Position numbers and translations under genes: made by a program. Below are positions 1 to 9,448 of a stretch of 64,000 nt of DNA, piece after piece. Numbering within the stretch: the stretch's first letter is position 1; each line of letters begins with the position of its first letter. Under the pieces are notes generated by a model, which worked only from the letters and a program-made list of their open reading frames with translations, made no database searches and was not told where the DNA came from. Source of the stretch: an uncultured Nitrospiraceae bacterium (GTDB lineage: Bacteria; Nitrospirota; Thermodesulfovibrionia; Thermodesulfovibrionales; Dissulfurispiraceae); NCBI GenBank assembly GCA_963705105.1, contig CAVPIW010000010.1:195671-259670 (forward strand), written 5' to 3'.

Positions 1-1682
1 AAGTTCCTCGTCTCGGAGCGGTGGACGATCCTGATAAGGGGAAACTTCTGCTTCACGTTCAGGACACTGACGCCCGAGTCGATGGCGAGGTGTATGAGGG
101 CGTTTTCCGTGGGGGAGCCTGTAACGACATACTTCCCCTCCTGACCGGCGACGTCGCTCTCGTTGCAGAGCACGCCCACATGGATGAGCCGGAGAAGTTC
201 ATCGCACCGGTAGGGGTTGAGAAACTCCGCGCCGTCGTGATACTTCCCGCCGGCCACGCTGATGCGCCGCGATCCGGAATGAACCTCGCGGACGGTCATC
301 CTGTTGTACGTAAGCGTCCCTGTCTTGTCCATGCAGATGGTCTGGACCGACCCGAGGGTCTCGACGGCTTCGAGGTGCCGGATGAGCACATGATGTCTTC
401 GCATGTTCCTGATGCCGAGGGCGAGAGTGGTCGTGGCAACCGCGGGAAGGCCCTCGGGCACGGCGGCGACGGCGAGGGAGATCGAAGATTTGAGCATCTC
501 GAGGAAACCGTATCCCCTCAGAAGGCCTATGAGCATCACGAGCAGGCAGACCCCGCCGGAGATGATCACAAGCTGGTTGCTCATCCGGTCAAGCTGCCTC
601 TCCATGGGAGTCTCCGGAGGTCTTGCCTCGCCCACGAGCGCCTGGATCATGCCGATTTCGGTGTACTTGCCCGTTGCGACAACGACAGCGATGCCCTGCC
701 CGCCCGTTGCCAAAGTTCCCATGTAGACCATGTTCGTCCTGTCGGCGAGGGCAATGTCGTTTCTCGGAAGAGACCCCGTCTCTTTCGTCACGGGCATGCT
801 TTCACCTGTCAGTGCCGACTCGTCGACGCTCAGGTGCCTCGCCTCGATGAGCCGGGCATCGGCGGCGATATAGCTGCCGGGCTTCAACACGAGCAGGTCG
901 CCGGGCACGATGTCCTCGGCCCTCACCTCCTGCACTGTCCGGTCCCTGACAACGGACGCCGACGGCCTGACAAGAGTCTTCAGGGAATGGATCGTCTTTT
1001 CTGACTGGCTTTCCGTGACGTAACCGATGACAGCATTCGTCGCGACGACGCCTGCGATGACAAGGGCATCGGCGATGCCGCCCGTCAGGATGGACACGGC
1101 CGCCGCAACGCCGAGAAGAGCGACGGGAAGGGACTTGAACTGGCCGAGGAAGATGGAGAGGCCCGAGCGGGGTACCGATTCCGGGAGCAGATTGGGGCCG
1201 TATCGTTTCAGGTTGGCATTGGCCTGTTCGTCCGTCAGTCCCCGCGCGGAATCGACGTCGAAGGCGCGGACGACGGAAGAGGCTTCCAGAACATGCCAGG
1301 ACTGGACGGACTGGTCTTCAGCGTCAATGATAAGTTTGCGGAGTTTCCTCCTGCTCCGGAGATGGCGACCCGGCTCGGGTTTCTGCGAAACCTCCGTTTC
1401 CGTCGTCGTCTGTCGGACGGCTCTCGACGGTCCCCCGCCGTTGCCCCCCTTCCTGTATTCGGAAACAATGACCTCCAGAACCGCCGCGATCGACTGCGGC
1501 GTATTCCCGGAGTTATAAATGACGAGGGCGTTCCCCGTCAGGTCGCTCACGGAGTAGTTGATTATGTCACGATGTTGCGCGAGCCTGCTTTCGAGAAACC
1601 GCCTGAGCTGACCGGACCGGAAGAGTCCGTCGATTTTATAACGGGCCCTTCCCCTGACGGCGGTGTGAATCGCCTTGACCAC
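1..1682 (-). CDS. P-type cation-transporting ATPase (type IIA/Ca2+-like) with N-terminal HMA2-like domain; 3' end runs off the window
   Basis: Not in the ORF track because it is truncated. Hand translation from GTG 1682 gives VKAIHTAVRGRARY...LTGNALVIY (HMA2-like), GLT...YGPN, VDESALTGES (~790-830), VAAVPEGLP (~440-470) and DKTGT (~315-330). Confidence 0.92.
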   Translation of the reverse strand, partial: MVKAIHTAVRGRARYKIDGLFRSGQLRRFLESRLAQHRDIINYSVSDLTGNALVIYNSGNTPQSIAAVLEVIVSEYRKGGNGGGPSRAVRQTTTETEVSQKPEPGRHLRSRRKLRKLIIDAEDQSVQSWHVLEASSVVRAFDVDSARGLTDEQANANLKRYGPNLLPESVPRSGLSIFLGQFKSLPVALLGVAAAVSILTGGIADALVIAGVVATNAVIGYVTESQSEKTIHSLKTLVRPSASVVRDRTVQEVRAEDIVPGDLLVLKPGSYIAADARLIEARHLSVDESALTGESMPVTKETGSLPRNDIALADRTNMVYMGTLATGGQGIAVVVATGKYTEIGMIQALVGEARPPETPMERQLDRMSNQLVIISGGVCLLVMLIGLLRGYGFLEMLKSSISLAVAAVPEGLPAVATTTLALGIRNMRRHHVLIRHLEAVETLGSVQTICMDKTGTLTYNRMTVREVHSGSRRISVAGGKYHDGAEFLNPYRCDELLRLIHVGVLCNESDVAGQEGKYVVTGSPTENALIHLAIDSGVSVLNVKQKFPLIRIVHRSETRN

Positions 1683-1691
1683 GTACTCTGC

Positions 1692-2384
1692 TTACTCGGC
1701 CGAACGCCTGCCCCTCTTGACCGTCACCTCGGGAGCTTCAACGGCTTCAGCGGCCGGGGGAGTAGGGGGAGCTGCCTGTCCTGCGGTCTGCTTCGGGAGG
1801 GCCGCAGCCGCAATCTCCTTGACCCCTTCGACGACGCCGACGAGCATGTCTTTGACGGCCCTGACAGCGGTGTTCCCGACGGAGCCGGCAGCCTCGATGG
1901 CGCCGCCGACGGCGATCTTGGCAACTTCTTCGACGTTGCCGCCCACTTCCTTCGTCGCCTCGATGACGCCGTCGACGGCCCTGCGGGCGACGAGGCCGAC
2001 ATCAGCGCCGATCTCGGCGGCGCCTTTCACAGCGCCTTTCACGGTCTGACTCGCAACGCTCACGACATCGCCGCCGATGTCGCTCACGCCCATGATCAGA
2101 CCCTTGGCAACGCTCTTCGTGCTCAGAATGAGGCCTGTACCCACTTCTTCGGTCGCCTGGATGGCGCCTTTGACGACATCCTTGGTGACGTTAATGCCCT
2201 CGCCGGCGACTGAGCCCGTCGCCTTAAGGGTATTCGATACGGTGCTCCGGACGAGGCTCACGATTTCGGCCTCGATCTCGTTGATCCCCTTCAGGCTGCT
2301 GACGATGCCCTCCTTGACAGTCGTTCCCGCCTTTCCGATACCCTCGCTGATTTCCGGCTTTCCCGCTGCCGTTTCCCCCTTCAT
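1692..2384 (-). CDS. Amphipathic 22-residue tandem-repeat protein (Val/Gly/Ala-rich)
   Basis: ATG 2384 preceded by GAGGAGG; about eight 22-aa repeats; stop lies 9 nt before the ATPase start. Confidence 0.8.
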   Translation of the reverse strand: MKGETAAGKPEISEGIGKAGTTVKEGIVSSLKGINEIEAEIVSLVRSTVSNTLKATGSVAGEGINVTKDVVKGAIQATEEVGTGLILSTKSVAKGLIMGVSDIGGDVVSVASQTVKGAVKGAAEIGADVGLVARRAVDGVIEATKEVGGNVEEVAKIAVGGAIEAAGSVGNTAVRAVKDMLVGVVEGVKEIAAAALPKQTAGQAAPPTPPAAEAVEAPEVTVKRGRRSAE

Positions 2385-2486
2385 GTCAAACCTCCTCTTT
2401 TGCCGGGCACCGAGTAAATCCACCCGGCTGCTTATTATTCGGCATTGCTGGATTGGTACGCGTAACGAACATGTTACCCGACCCCT

Positions 2487-2524
2487 GTTACAGAAATGTT
2501 ACGGGAGCGTTACATGTGCGTTAC
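2487..2524 (-). promoter_or_regulatory. PHO-box-like array (4 x GTAAC, 11-bp period)
   Basis: GTTAC on + at 2487, 2498, 2509, 2520, upstream of the 2384 start. Confidence 0.75.
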
Positions 2525-2618
2525 ATTGAATGACTGCCTATGCAAAGATCAGATATATGCAATATCGCAAAAAATATTGCGGGGCACACGGCTGGAAACC
2601 GGCATATGCCGTTCGCCC

Positions 2619-3091
2619 TTATTCCGGCTTCGACTTGAGAAAAACGTTGAAGGCATACCAGAATGCGGTATACCACGCCGGAGCGGCGAAGTTGCCCTTC
2701 GCGATCTGGTAGACGCCGATCCCGAGGAGGGAAAGAAAGGACAGAGTCCAGAGGTCGATCGCGCCGCCCGTCAATCCCTTTATCTTGCTGTTCAGTTCCG
2801 TCATTTCCCCCGACACCTGCAAACGCAGACTGCCGGGTCTGTCTTCCATGACCTTAAATATGCGTTTCGTTTGCGCCTTTCTGATGATGGTATCGGCCTC
2901 GGCGGGATGGGTGAACAAAAACAGAATACTTCCGGTAATCGGATTCGTCATAACACTTTCGATGCCGGGCACATTGGAAAACCGGTCCGGCAGTGAGAAG
3001 AAAAAAGAAGAATCCCCCCTTTTCCCGGGACCCTGATCCTCAGTCTCCCGGGCATCCGGTGAACGATAAAGGCGGTTGGAAGATCAGCCAC
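2619..3091 (-). pseudogene. HMA2-domain membrane protein (FezC-like) split by a -1 frameshift at ~3014-3026
   Basis: GTG 3091 gives ADLPTAFIVHRMPGRLRIRVPGK; the shifted frame continues GDSSFFFSLPDRFSNVPGIESVMTNPITGSILF...APAWYTAFWYA. Confidence 0.75.
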
Positions 3092-3374
3092 CCTGGGGGC
3101 CTCCCTCGACTGTATCGGGACTGATCTGCGTCTGCTCCTCCGCCATTTCCGCCTTTGCCTCGGCGACGATGTCCTCAACCATCTCCCCGACTTCCGCAAA
3201 GGTCTCCTTGCCTCTTTCGTACAGCATCAACCCGCCCTTTATGGCAGCCTTGGCGAGCGGTTTCGCGATGCTCGCAACGACGGGTACGACGACCGGTGCC
3301 AGTACGGACGTGCCGATGCCTATGGCGAGGCCGGTCAGTATGTTGCCCTTCAAACCATTATCAAAGAGTCCCAT
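3084..3374 (-). CDS. DUF5132-like small membrane protein (GxxxG)
   Basis: GLAIGIG...APVVVPVVASIAKPLAKAAIKGG...E..EDIVAEAKAE; RBS GGAGGAGG. Confidence 0.8.
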   Translation of the reverse strand: MGLFDNGLKGNILTGLAIGIGTSVLAPVVVPVVASIAKPLAKAAIKGGLMLYERGKETFAEVGEMVEDIVAEAKAEMAEEQTQISPDTVEGGPQGG

Positions 3375-3530
3375 GAATACCTCCTCCGGATTGCCGTCCA
3401 TTGCAACATGGTTCAAATTCCTTTTTATGACTGATTATATACCCGGCGATTCCCTTCAGCAATATCTTTCGTCATGCGTTACCTACATCTCAAGGGCATG
3501 CAGAATTTCACTTCTTACCCTCCGTCCCTC

Positions 3531-3587
3531 TTCATGAAACTGTAACGCAGATGTCATCATCCTGTAACGGACCATATGTTTTAATAT
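3531..3587 (+). promoter_or_regulatory. PHO-box-like array plus -10 element
   Basis: TTCAT 3531, GTAAC 3542, GTCAT 3553, GTAAC 3564; TAATAT at 3582. Confidence 0.75.
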
Positions 3588-3609
3588 CCGAGGAGGCTGT
3601 CGGAACGAA

Positions 3610-3864
3610 ATGGTTTCCTACATCGTGAAACATCACATACCGGGCCGCATACGGATCGAGATTCCTCTTTTAAGAAAAGTCCCGTCGAAGGAACTCAGGA
3701 AGCTTTCCGATATCGCCGTTCCTGAGGGCGTCACGAACCTGCGCGTCAATCCCCTGAACGGCAATATCATCATCACCTATGATCAGAAGATGATTGACAT
3801 ACTGAAATGGCTCAACACCATGGCAACGGACTCCAGGATTCTGGAAATAGCAAACGCCACATAA
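3610..3864 (+). CDS. Stand-alone HMA2-domain protein
   Basis: HHIPGRIRI...VNPLNGNIIITYD; RBS GAGGAGG. Confidence 0.8.
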   Translation: MVSYIVKHHIPGRIRIEIPLLRKVPSKELRKLSDIAVPEGVTNLRVNPLNGNIIITYDQKMIDILKWLNTMATDSRILEIANAT

Positions 3865-3883
3865 GAATGAAAGGGACGAAAAA

Positions 3884-4117
3884 ATGAAAAACCAGGCGGT
3901 TGAAGAAAAAAGAGTGATAACAAAGCCGTCCTGCCCCCATCTCATGAAATCGGTCATCCCGTCCTGCCGGGCTGCGGACGAACCCTACGCGCCCAGCCCC
4001 TTTCAGATGACGGAATACTGCAGGACGCGGAACCACCGGAAATGCCCGTTCTTCATGAACCTGTCAAAGCCGGCCTTTGACCGGTCCGTTGAAGGATGGC
4101 TCGTCAGCATCCTGTAA
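3884..4117 (+). CDS. Small Cys-rich (putative zinc-binding) hypothetical protein
   Basis: CPHL...C...YC...H..CPFF pattern. Confidence 0.6.
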   Translation: MKNQAVEEKRVITKPSCPHLMKSVIPSCRAADEPYAPSPFQMTEYCRTRNHRKCPFFMNLSKPAFDRSVEGWLVSIL

Positions 4118-4168
4118 CGGAATCATCATCATCCTGTAACATTACTGTAATATGTGCAATGGTATACT
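4103..4168 (+). promoter_or_regulatory. PHO-box-like array (5 units) plus -10 of pstS
   Basis: GTCAG 4103, GTAAC 4114, ATCAT 4125, GTAAC 4136, GTAAT 4147; TATACT at 4163. Confidence 0.85.
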
Positions 4169-4226
4169 AAATGAACATGCGAACTTTTCCGCATGAGAGA
4201 TTTCAATCGATGAAGGAGGTAGTACA

Positions 4227-5231
4227 ATGGTGAAAAAGTCAGTTGCTGCTCTCGTGGCGCTCTTGGCATTCGTCCTCGCCTTCTCCCTTCCGGCGAAGGC
4301 GGCCGACAAGATCGTCAAGATCGACGGGTCGAGCACCGTTTACCCGATCACGGAGGCCGTGGCGGAGGAATTCCAGAAAGCCAAGAAGGGCGCCGTCAAG
4401 GTGACCGTCGGCATCTCCGGCACCGGCGGCGGATTCAAGAAATTCTGCCGGGGGGAGACGGACATCTCCGACGCGTCCCGTCCCATCCTCAAGAAAGAGA
4501 TCGATGTCTGCAATGAGCAGAAGATCGAGTACATAGAGCTTCCCGTGGCCTATGACGGGCTCGCCGTCATGGTGAACTTGAAAAACACCTGGGTGACGTC
4601 CCTCACCGTCGCCGACCTCAAGAATATGTGGGAACCGGCGGCACAGGGTAAGGTCAAGACCTGGAAGCAGGTGAGACCCGAGTGGCCCGATAGTCCCCTC
4701 AAACTCTTCGGCCCCGGCGCCGACTCCGGCACGATGGACTACTTCACAGAGGCGATCAACGGGAAGGCAAAGGCATCCCGCGGTGATTATACGGCCAGTG
4801 AGGACGATAACGTCCTCGTCCAGGGCATCTCCGGAGACAAGGGCGCTCTCGGATATTTCGGGCTCGCCTATTACGAGGAGAACAAGGGGAAGCTGAAGCT
4901 CATCCCCATCGACGGCGGAAAAGGCCCCGTCTCCCCGTCCATGAAGACCGTCATGGACGGCACCTACAGCCCCCTTTCGCGGCCACTGTTCATCTATGTC
5001 AACAAGAAGGCCGCCGCCGAGAAGCCGGAAGTAAAGGAGTTCGTCGACTACTACCTGAAAAACGCGGCGAAACTGACGAAGGACGCGAAATACATTCCCC
5101 TCCCCGACAGCGCCTACAAGCTCGCCCAGGACCGGTTCAAGAAGATGAAGACCGGCTCCATGTTCGGCGGCGAGGAGAAGGTGGGCCTGAAAATCGAAGA
5201 CCTCCTCAAGCTGGAGGAAAAGAAGAAATAA
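4227..5231 (+). CDS. pstS: Phosphate ABC transporter substrate-binding protein
   Basis: Signal peptide; [34 protein letters not shown]. Confidence 0.96.
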   Translation: MVKKSVAALVALLAFVLAFSLPAKAADKIVKIDGSSTVYPITEAVAEEFQKAKKGAVKVTVGISGTGGGFKKFCRGETDISDASRPILKKEIDVCNEQKIEYIELPVAYDGLAVMVNLKNTWVTSLTVADLKNMWEPAAQGKVKTWKQVRPEWPDSPLKLFGPGADSGTMDYFTEAINGKAKASRGDYTASEDDNVLVQGISGDKGALGYFGLAYYEENKGKLKLIPIDGGKGPVSPSMKTVMDGTYSPLSRPLFIYVNKKAAAEKPEVKEFVDYYLKNAAKLTKDAKYIPLPDSAYKLAQDRFKKMKTGSMFGGEEKVGLKIEDLLKLEEKKK

Positions 5232-5243
5232 CCATCCACCGAG

Positions 5244-5280
5244 AGGGAGGCGGGTGACCCGCCTCCCCGCCTTTCTTTTA
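5244..5280 (+). terminator. Hairpin/intrinsic terminator after pstS
   Basis: GGGAGGCGGG-TGA-CCCGCCTCCC followed by a T-rich tract. Confidence 0.65.
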
Positions 5281-5336
5281 ACATTCCTGTAACATTCTTG
5301 TAACATTCCTGTAATATTAAACAGTCAAAATATTAT
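5278..5336 (+). promoter_or_regulatory. PHO-box-like array upstream of pstC
   Basis: TTAAC 5278, GTAAC 5289, GTAAC 5300, GTAAT 5311 (near-perfect 11-mer TAACATTCCTG); TATTAT at 5331. Confidence 0.85.
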
Positions 5337-5383
5337 TTGACCAGGAAGTCCACTGATAAGGTGAAATGATTCAGTCCGCATTT

Positions 5384-5442
5384 GTCATCCCGGCTCGTCC
5401 GGGATCCTTCTTGAAGAAAGATTCCCGGCAAGCGGGAATGAC
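5384..5442. repeat. Palindromic REP-like element (GTCATCCCGG...GGGAATGAC); inverted copy at 9259-9317
   Basis: Two near-identical copies in opposite orientation. Confidence 0.7.
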
Positions 5443-5479
5443 GTGGATACTTACGTACCCCTTGGTAACATTGAAAGGC

Positions 5480-5723
5480 GACCGGAAAGGCGGGGCGATG
5501 GCGCCACGAAAAGCATCGGTGCTGCGAAACCTCTATAGTCGTGAGACCACCATTTGACGGCAATTGAGGACGACACAAAAGATGAAATCAAGTGGCTGTA
5601 GGGGCCGTTCCCCGAACGGCCCGACATGTGATGAGACGGTCTGCTCGGGGAGCAGACCCTACGCAATCAATGTCGCTCTATCAGCGAGGCTTTGAGGCGT
5701 TTTGCCCCGCCTTTTTATGCAAC
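5480..5723. repeat. Composite MITE-like repeat with internal GTAG-type REP hairpins
   Basis: Ends AAAGGCGGGGCG / GCCCCGCCTTTTTATGCAAC; TGTAGGGGCCGTTCCCCGAACGGCCC at 5597, also seen at 34273. Confidence 0.65.
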
Positions 5724-5777
5724 TACAGGGTAAACTTGTTGGGCCGTCGGTGACTTTGAATCAGTGAAGGAAAGAGA

Positions 5778-6737
5778 ATGAACCAGACATTTGAAAACGT
5801 GAAGGGTACGATCGAAGATGTCCGCTCCGCGGAATATGCGCGGAAAAAGTACCGGAAAACGAGAAAGCTCAAAGAGGGCCTGATCGAGCTCAGTCTTCTG
5901 CTCTGCGCCCTCTCGTCCGTCTTCATCACCGTCAGCATCGTCGTCGTCCTCGCCTACGAGTCCTTCGGGTTCTTCCAGGCGGTCCCTCTCAGTGAATTCC
6001 TTTTCGAGACGACCTGGACACCGCTCTTCGCGGACCCCAAGTTCGGCATCATGCCCCTCGTCGCCGGCACGATGCTGACGACGTCGATCGCGCTGATCGT
6101 TTCCCTTCCTTTGGGCCTCATCGTCGCCATCTATCTGAGCGAATACGCGCCCCATCGTTTCCGGGAGACGATCAAGCCAGTCCTTGAACTTCTGGCAGCC
6201 GTCCCGACCGTCGTCTACGGCTACTTCGCGCTCCTCTTCCTGACCCCCATCCTCCAGGAAACGATCCTGCCCGACCTCTCGGGCTTCAACGCCCTGAGTC
6301 CCGGCATCATCATGGGCATCATGATCATCCCCTATGTGAGCTCCGTCAGCGAGGACTCCATGAAGGCCGTGCCGATGCACATCCGCGAGGGCTCCTACGC
6401 GATGGGGGCCACGAAGTTCCAGACAGCCTTCAAGGTCGTCATCCCCGCCGCCTTCTCGGGCATTGCCGCCGCCTTCATCATCGGCATCTCCCGGGCCATC
6501 GGCGAGACCATGGTCGTCGCCATCGCCGCGGGGATGATGCCGAATCTCACTGCCAATCCCCTGGAGCCGGTCCAGACGCTGACGGCCTATATCGTCCAGG
6601 TGAGCCTCGGCGACGTGCCGCACGGAACGGTCGAATACAAGACCATCTTCGCCGCGGGGATCACGCTATTCATCATGACCCTGGGCTTCAACATCCTCGG
6701 CTTCTGGCTCAGGAAGAGGATCCGGGAAGTTTATTAG
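5778..6737 (+). CDS. pstC: Phosphate ABC transporter permease
   Basis: ELLAAVPTVVYG, SRAIGETM; operon position. Confidence 0.95.
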   Translation: MNQTFENVKGTIEDVRSAEYARKKYRKTRKLKEGLIELSLLLCALSSVFITVSIVVVLAYESFGFFQAVPLSEFLFETTWTPLFADPKFGIMPLVAGTMLTTSIALIVSLPLGLIVAIYLSEYAPHRFRETIKPVLELLAAVPTVVYGYFALLFLTPILQETILPDLSGFNALSPGIIMGIMIIPYVSSVSEDSMKAVPMHIREGSYAMGATKFQTAFKVVIPAAFSGIAAAFIIGISRAIGETMVVAIAAGMMPNLTANPLEPVQTLTAYIVQVSLGDVPHGTVEYKTIFAAGITLFIMTLGFNILGFWLRKRIREVY

Positions 6738-6748
6738 GGAACGGCATA

Positions 6749-7657
6749 ATGGAAGATATAAGGAAACGCATATCGTACAACAAATTCTGGGACCACGTCT
6801 TCTGGATCGTCGGTCTCATGTCGACCTTCGTCGGCCTCGTCCTGCTCTTCGTCCTCATGGTCGATCTCTTCGTCCAGGGCGCTCCGCGAATTACCTATAA
6901 GTTCTTCACGTCCTTTCCCTCGCGCTTCCCCGAGCAGGCAGGCATCCTCTCCGCCTGGGTCGGCAGCTTTCTGCTGCTCCTCGTGACGGCCCTCTCGGCT
7001 ATTCCCCTCGGTATCGCTGCCGGGATCTATCTCGAAGAATACGCACGGAAAAACTGGCTCACCGATATCATCGAGATCAACATCGCCAACCTGGCCGGCG
7101 TTCCGTCCATCGTCTACGGTCTCCTCGCCCTGGGGCTCTTCGTCTACTTCCTCGACTTCGGCGAGAGCGTCCTGACGGGAGGGCTCACCCTCGGGCTGCT
7201 CATCCTTCCCATGATCATCATGGCGACGAGGGAGGCGATCCGGGCGATCCCCAATTCCATCAGGGAGGCGTCCTATGCCGTGGGAGCGACGAAGTGGCAG
7301 ACCGTGCAGTGGCACATCATACCGTATTCCACGGGAGGCATCCTGACGGGCATCATCATCGGCCTTTCCCGGGCTATCGGGGAGACGGCCCCGATCATCA
7401 CCATCGGCGCCCTCACCTTCATCGCCTTTCTGCCGGCTTCTCCCATTACGTCGGAGTTCCCCTTCCTCTCCCTGAAGTGGCTTTTCGACCCCTTCACGGT
7501 CATGCCCATTCAGATGTTTTCGTGGGTATCGCGGCCCCAGCAGGCATTTCAGGTCAACGCGGCGGCGGCCGGTATCGTGCTCATGATCATGACGCTGCTG
7601 ATGAACGGGCTCGCAATATACATCCGGTACAGGTTCAGGAAAAAAATCAAATGGTAA
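6749..7657 (+). CDS. pstA: Phosphate ABC transporter permease
   Basis: [20 protein letters not shown]. Confidence 0.95.
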   Translation: MEDIRKRISYNKFWDHVFWIVGLMSTFVGLVLLFVLMVDLFVQGAPRITYKFFTSFPSRFPEQAGILSAWVGSFLLLLVTALSAIPLGIAAGIYLEEYARKNWLTDIIEINIANLAGVPSIVYGLLALGLFVYFLDFGESVLTGGLTLGLLILPMIIMATREAIRAIPNSIREASYAVGATKWQTVQWHIIPYSTGGILTGIIIGLSRAIGETAPIITIGALTFIAFLPASPITSEFPFLSLKWLFDPFTVMPIQMFSWVSRPQQAFQVNAAAAGIVLMIMTLLMNGLAIYIRYRFRKKIKW

Positions 7658-8421
7658 CAGACGGTATAAAAGCGGAATCAAAGAACCTCAATTTCTACTA
7701 CGGCACAAAACAGGCCCTGAAGAACATCGACCTTATTGTCAGGCAGAACAAGGTCACTGCACTCATCGGTCCGTCGGGATGCGGGAAGACGACTTTCCTG
7801 CGGTGCTTCAACCGCATGCATGACCTCTATCCGCACAACCGGTACGAAGGGGAGATCATCCTGCTTCCCGAAAACATCAACATCGTCTCACCGGATATTG
7901 ATCCCATCGAGGTGCGCATGCGCATCAGCATGGTCTTCCAGAAGCCGAACCCCTTCCCGAAATCGATTTTCGAGAATGTCTGTTACGGCCTCAGGGTACG
8001 GGGCGTCAATAACAAGAACGTCCTCAGGGAAACCGTGGAAAAATCCCTGCGCGGCGCCGCTCTCTGGGACGAGGTGAAGGACAGGCTCGAGGGCCTCGCC
8101 TTCGACCTGTCGGGAGGGCAGCAGCAGCGCCTCTGCATCGCCCGCGCCCTTGCGACGACTCCCGAGATTCTCCTCTTCGACGAACCGACATCGGCACTCG
8201 ATCCGATCGCGACATCGAAGATCGAGGAACTCATCGTCGAGCTCAAGAAGGACCTGACGATCATCATCGTGACGCATAACATGCAGCAGGCGGCCCGTGT
8301 CTCCGATTTCACGGCCTTCATGTACATCGGCGAGATCATCGAGTACGACAAGACGGATAAAATCTTTACGGCGCCCTCTGAAAAACTGACGGAAGAATAT
8401 ATTACGGGGAGGTTCGGATAA
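7651..8421 (+). CDS. pstB: Phosphate ABC transporter ATP-binding protein
   Basis: [31 protein letters not shown]; start ATG 7651. Confidence 0.96.
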   Translation: MVTDGIKAESKNLNFYYGTKQALKNIDLIVRQNKVTALIGPSGCGKTTFLRCFNRMHDLYPHNRYEGEIILLPENINIVSPDIDPIEVRMRISMVFQKPNPFPKSIFENVCYGLRVRGVNNKNVLRETVEKSLRGAALWDEVKDRLEGLAFDLSGGQQQRLCIARALATTPEILLFDEPTSALDPIATSKIEELIVELKKDLTIIIVTHNMQQAARVSDFTAFMYIGEIIEYDKTDKIFTAPSEKLTEEYITGRFG

Positions 8422-9074
8422 TGGCAATCTTTGACGAAGAGCTGATGAGACTGAAGGAGAAGGTCCTCAAGATGGGCGCCCTCGTCGAGAACGCCATCAA
8501 AGACTCCGTCCGGTCTCTTGTGGAGCGCGATGACGATATCGCCGTGCAGGTCATCGAGAACGATCACGTCGTCAATGCTCTCGACATAGAGATCGATGAA
8601 GAGTCGATCCGCCTGATCGCCCTCAGGCAGCCGAAGGCGAGCGACCTGAGGTTCATCACGACGGCCATGAAGATCACCACAGATCTCGAGCGGATCGGAG
8701 ACCTCGCCGTCAGCATCGCACAGAAGGCCCTCGATCTGAACAAGGAACCGATCCTGAAGCCTTACATCGACGTTCCGAAGATGCGCGAAATCGCCCAGGG
8801 CATGACCCGCGACGCCCTCGACGCCTTCGTCAACAAGAACAAACGTCTTGCCGTGGACGTCATCATGCGGGACGATGAGATCGATGATCTCAAGAGTGAA
8901 GTCCTCCGGGAACTCGTCGTCTACATGGTCCAGGACCCCTCAACAGTATCGCGGGCGATGAAGATCAGTTTCGTCGCCCAGGGCCTCGAGCGCATCGCCG
9001 ACCACGCCACGAACATCGCCGAGATGGTGATCTACCTTGTCGAAGGAAAGATAATACGGCACGGAATAACGTAA
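8421..9074 (+). CDS. phoU: Phosphate signalling complex protein
   Basis: RQPKASDLR, LERIGD, LERIADHATNIAE. Confidence 0.96.
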   Translation: MAIFDEELMRLKEKVLKMGALVENAIKDSVRSLVERDDDIAVQVIENDHVVNALDIEIDEESIRLIALRQPKASDLRFITTAMKITTDLERIGDLAVSIAQKALDLNKEPILKPYIDVPKMREIAQGMTRDALDAFVNKNKRLAVDVIMRDDEIDDLKSEVLRELVVYMVQDPSTVSRAMKISFVAQGLERIADHATNIAEMVIYLVEGKIIRHGIT

Positions 9075-9079
9075 AGGAT

Positions 9080-9161
9080 AGTGTCAGTGTCAGTGTGAGT
9101 GTCAGTGTCAGCAAAAGGCACGTAAAGATAGTGTCAGTGTGAGTGTGAGTGTCAGTGTCAG
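9080..9161. repeat. (AGTGTC/AGTGTG)n hexamer microsatellite
   Basis: Similar tracts at ~11085, 21184, 21520, 27052, 33351-33463, 35685-35790, 45432-45460 and 47412. Confidence 0.85.
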
Positions 9162-9448
9162 AGAAAGGTGATTTTCCCCATCTCGGGTGTCGAGCCTATG
9201 AGAGGGAGAAACTTCGTCAAGTTCCTAAGGAGGAGCACGTAAGAAAAACTACATCCATGTCATTCCCGCTTGTCGGGCATCTTTCTTAAGAAGGATCCCG
9301 GACAAGCCGGGATGACAAATACAGAACCGGATCATGTCACCTTACTATCGATCCCCTTAATAAGTGACACTGACACTATTTTTCAGGGCACTTTGTCCCG
9401 CCTTTGCGTGCAACTGAAATGTTTTCTCTGTGCTCTCTGTGATTCAGA

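Noticed and set aside
21..2213. Long + strand ORFs 21-1004 and 1293-2213, and similar shadow ORFs throughout (e.g. 4239-5306, 51313-53049)
   Set aside because: Antisense shadows of recognisable genes in GC-rich DNA; no motifs of their own
1..4117. Magnetosome gene cluster
   Set aside because: No mamA/B/E/K/M/Q-like genes are recognisable
5278..5320. Tandem 11-mers as a CRISPR or VNTR
   Set aside because: No spacers and no cas genes; better explained as PHO boxes
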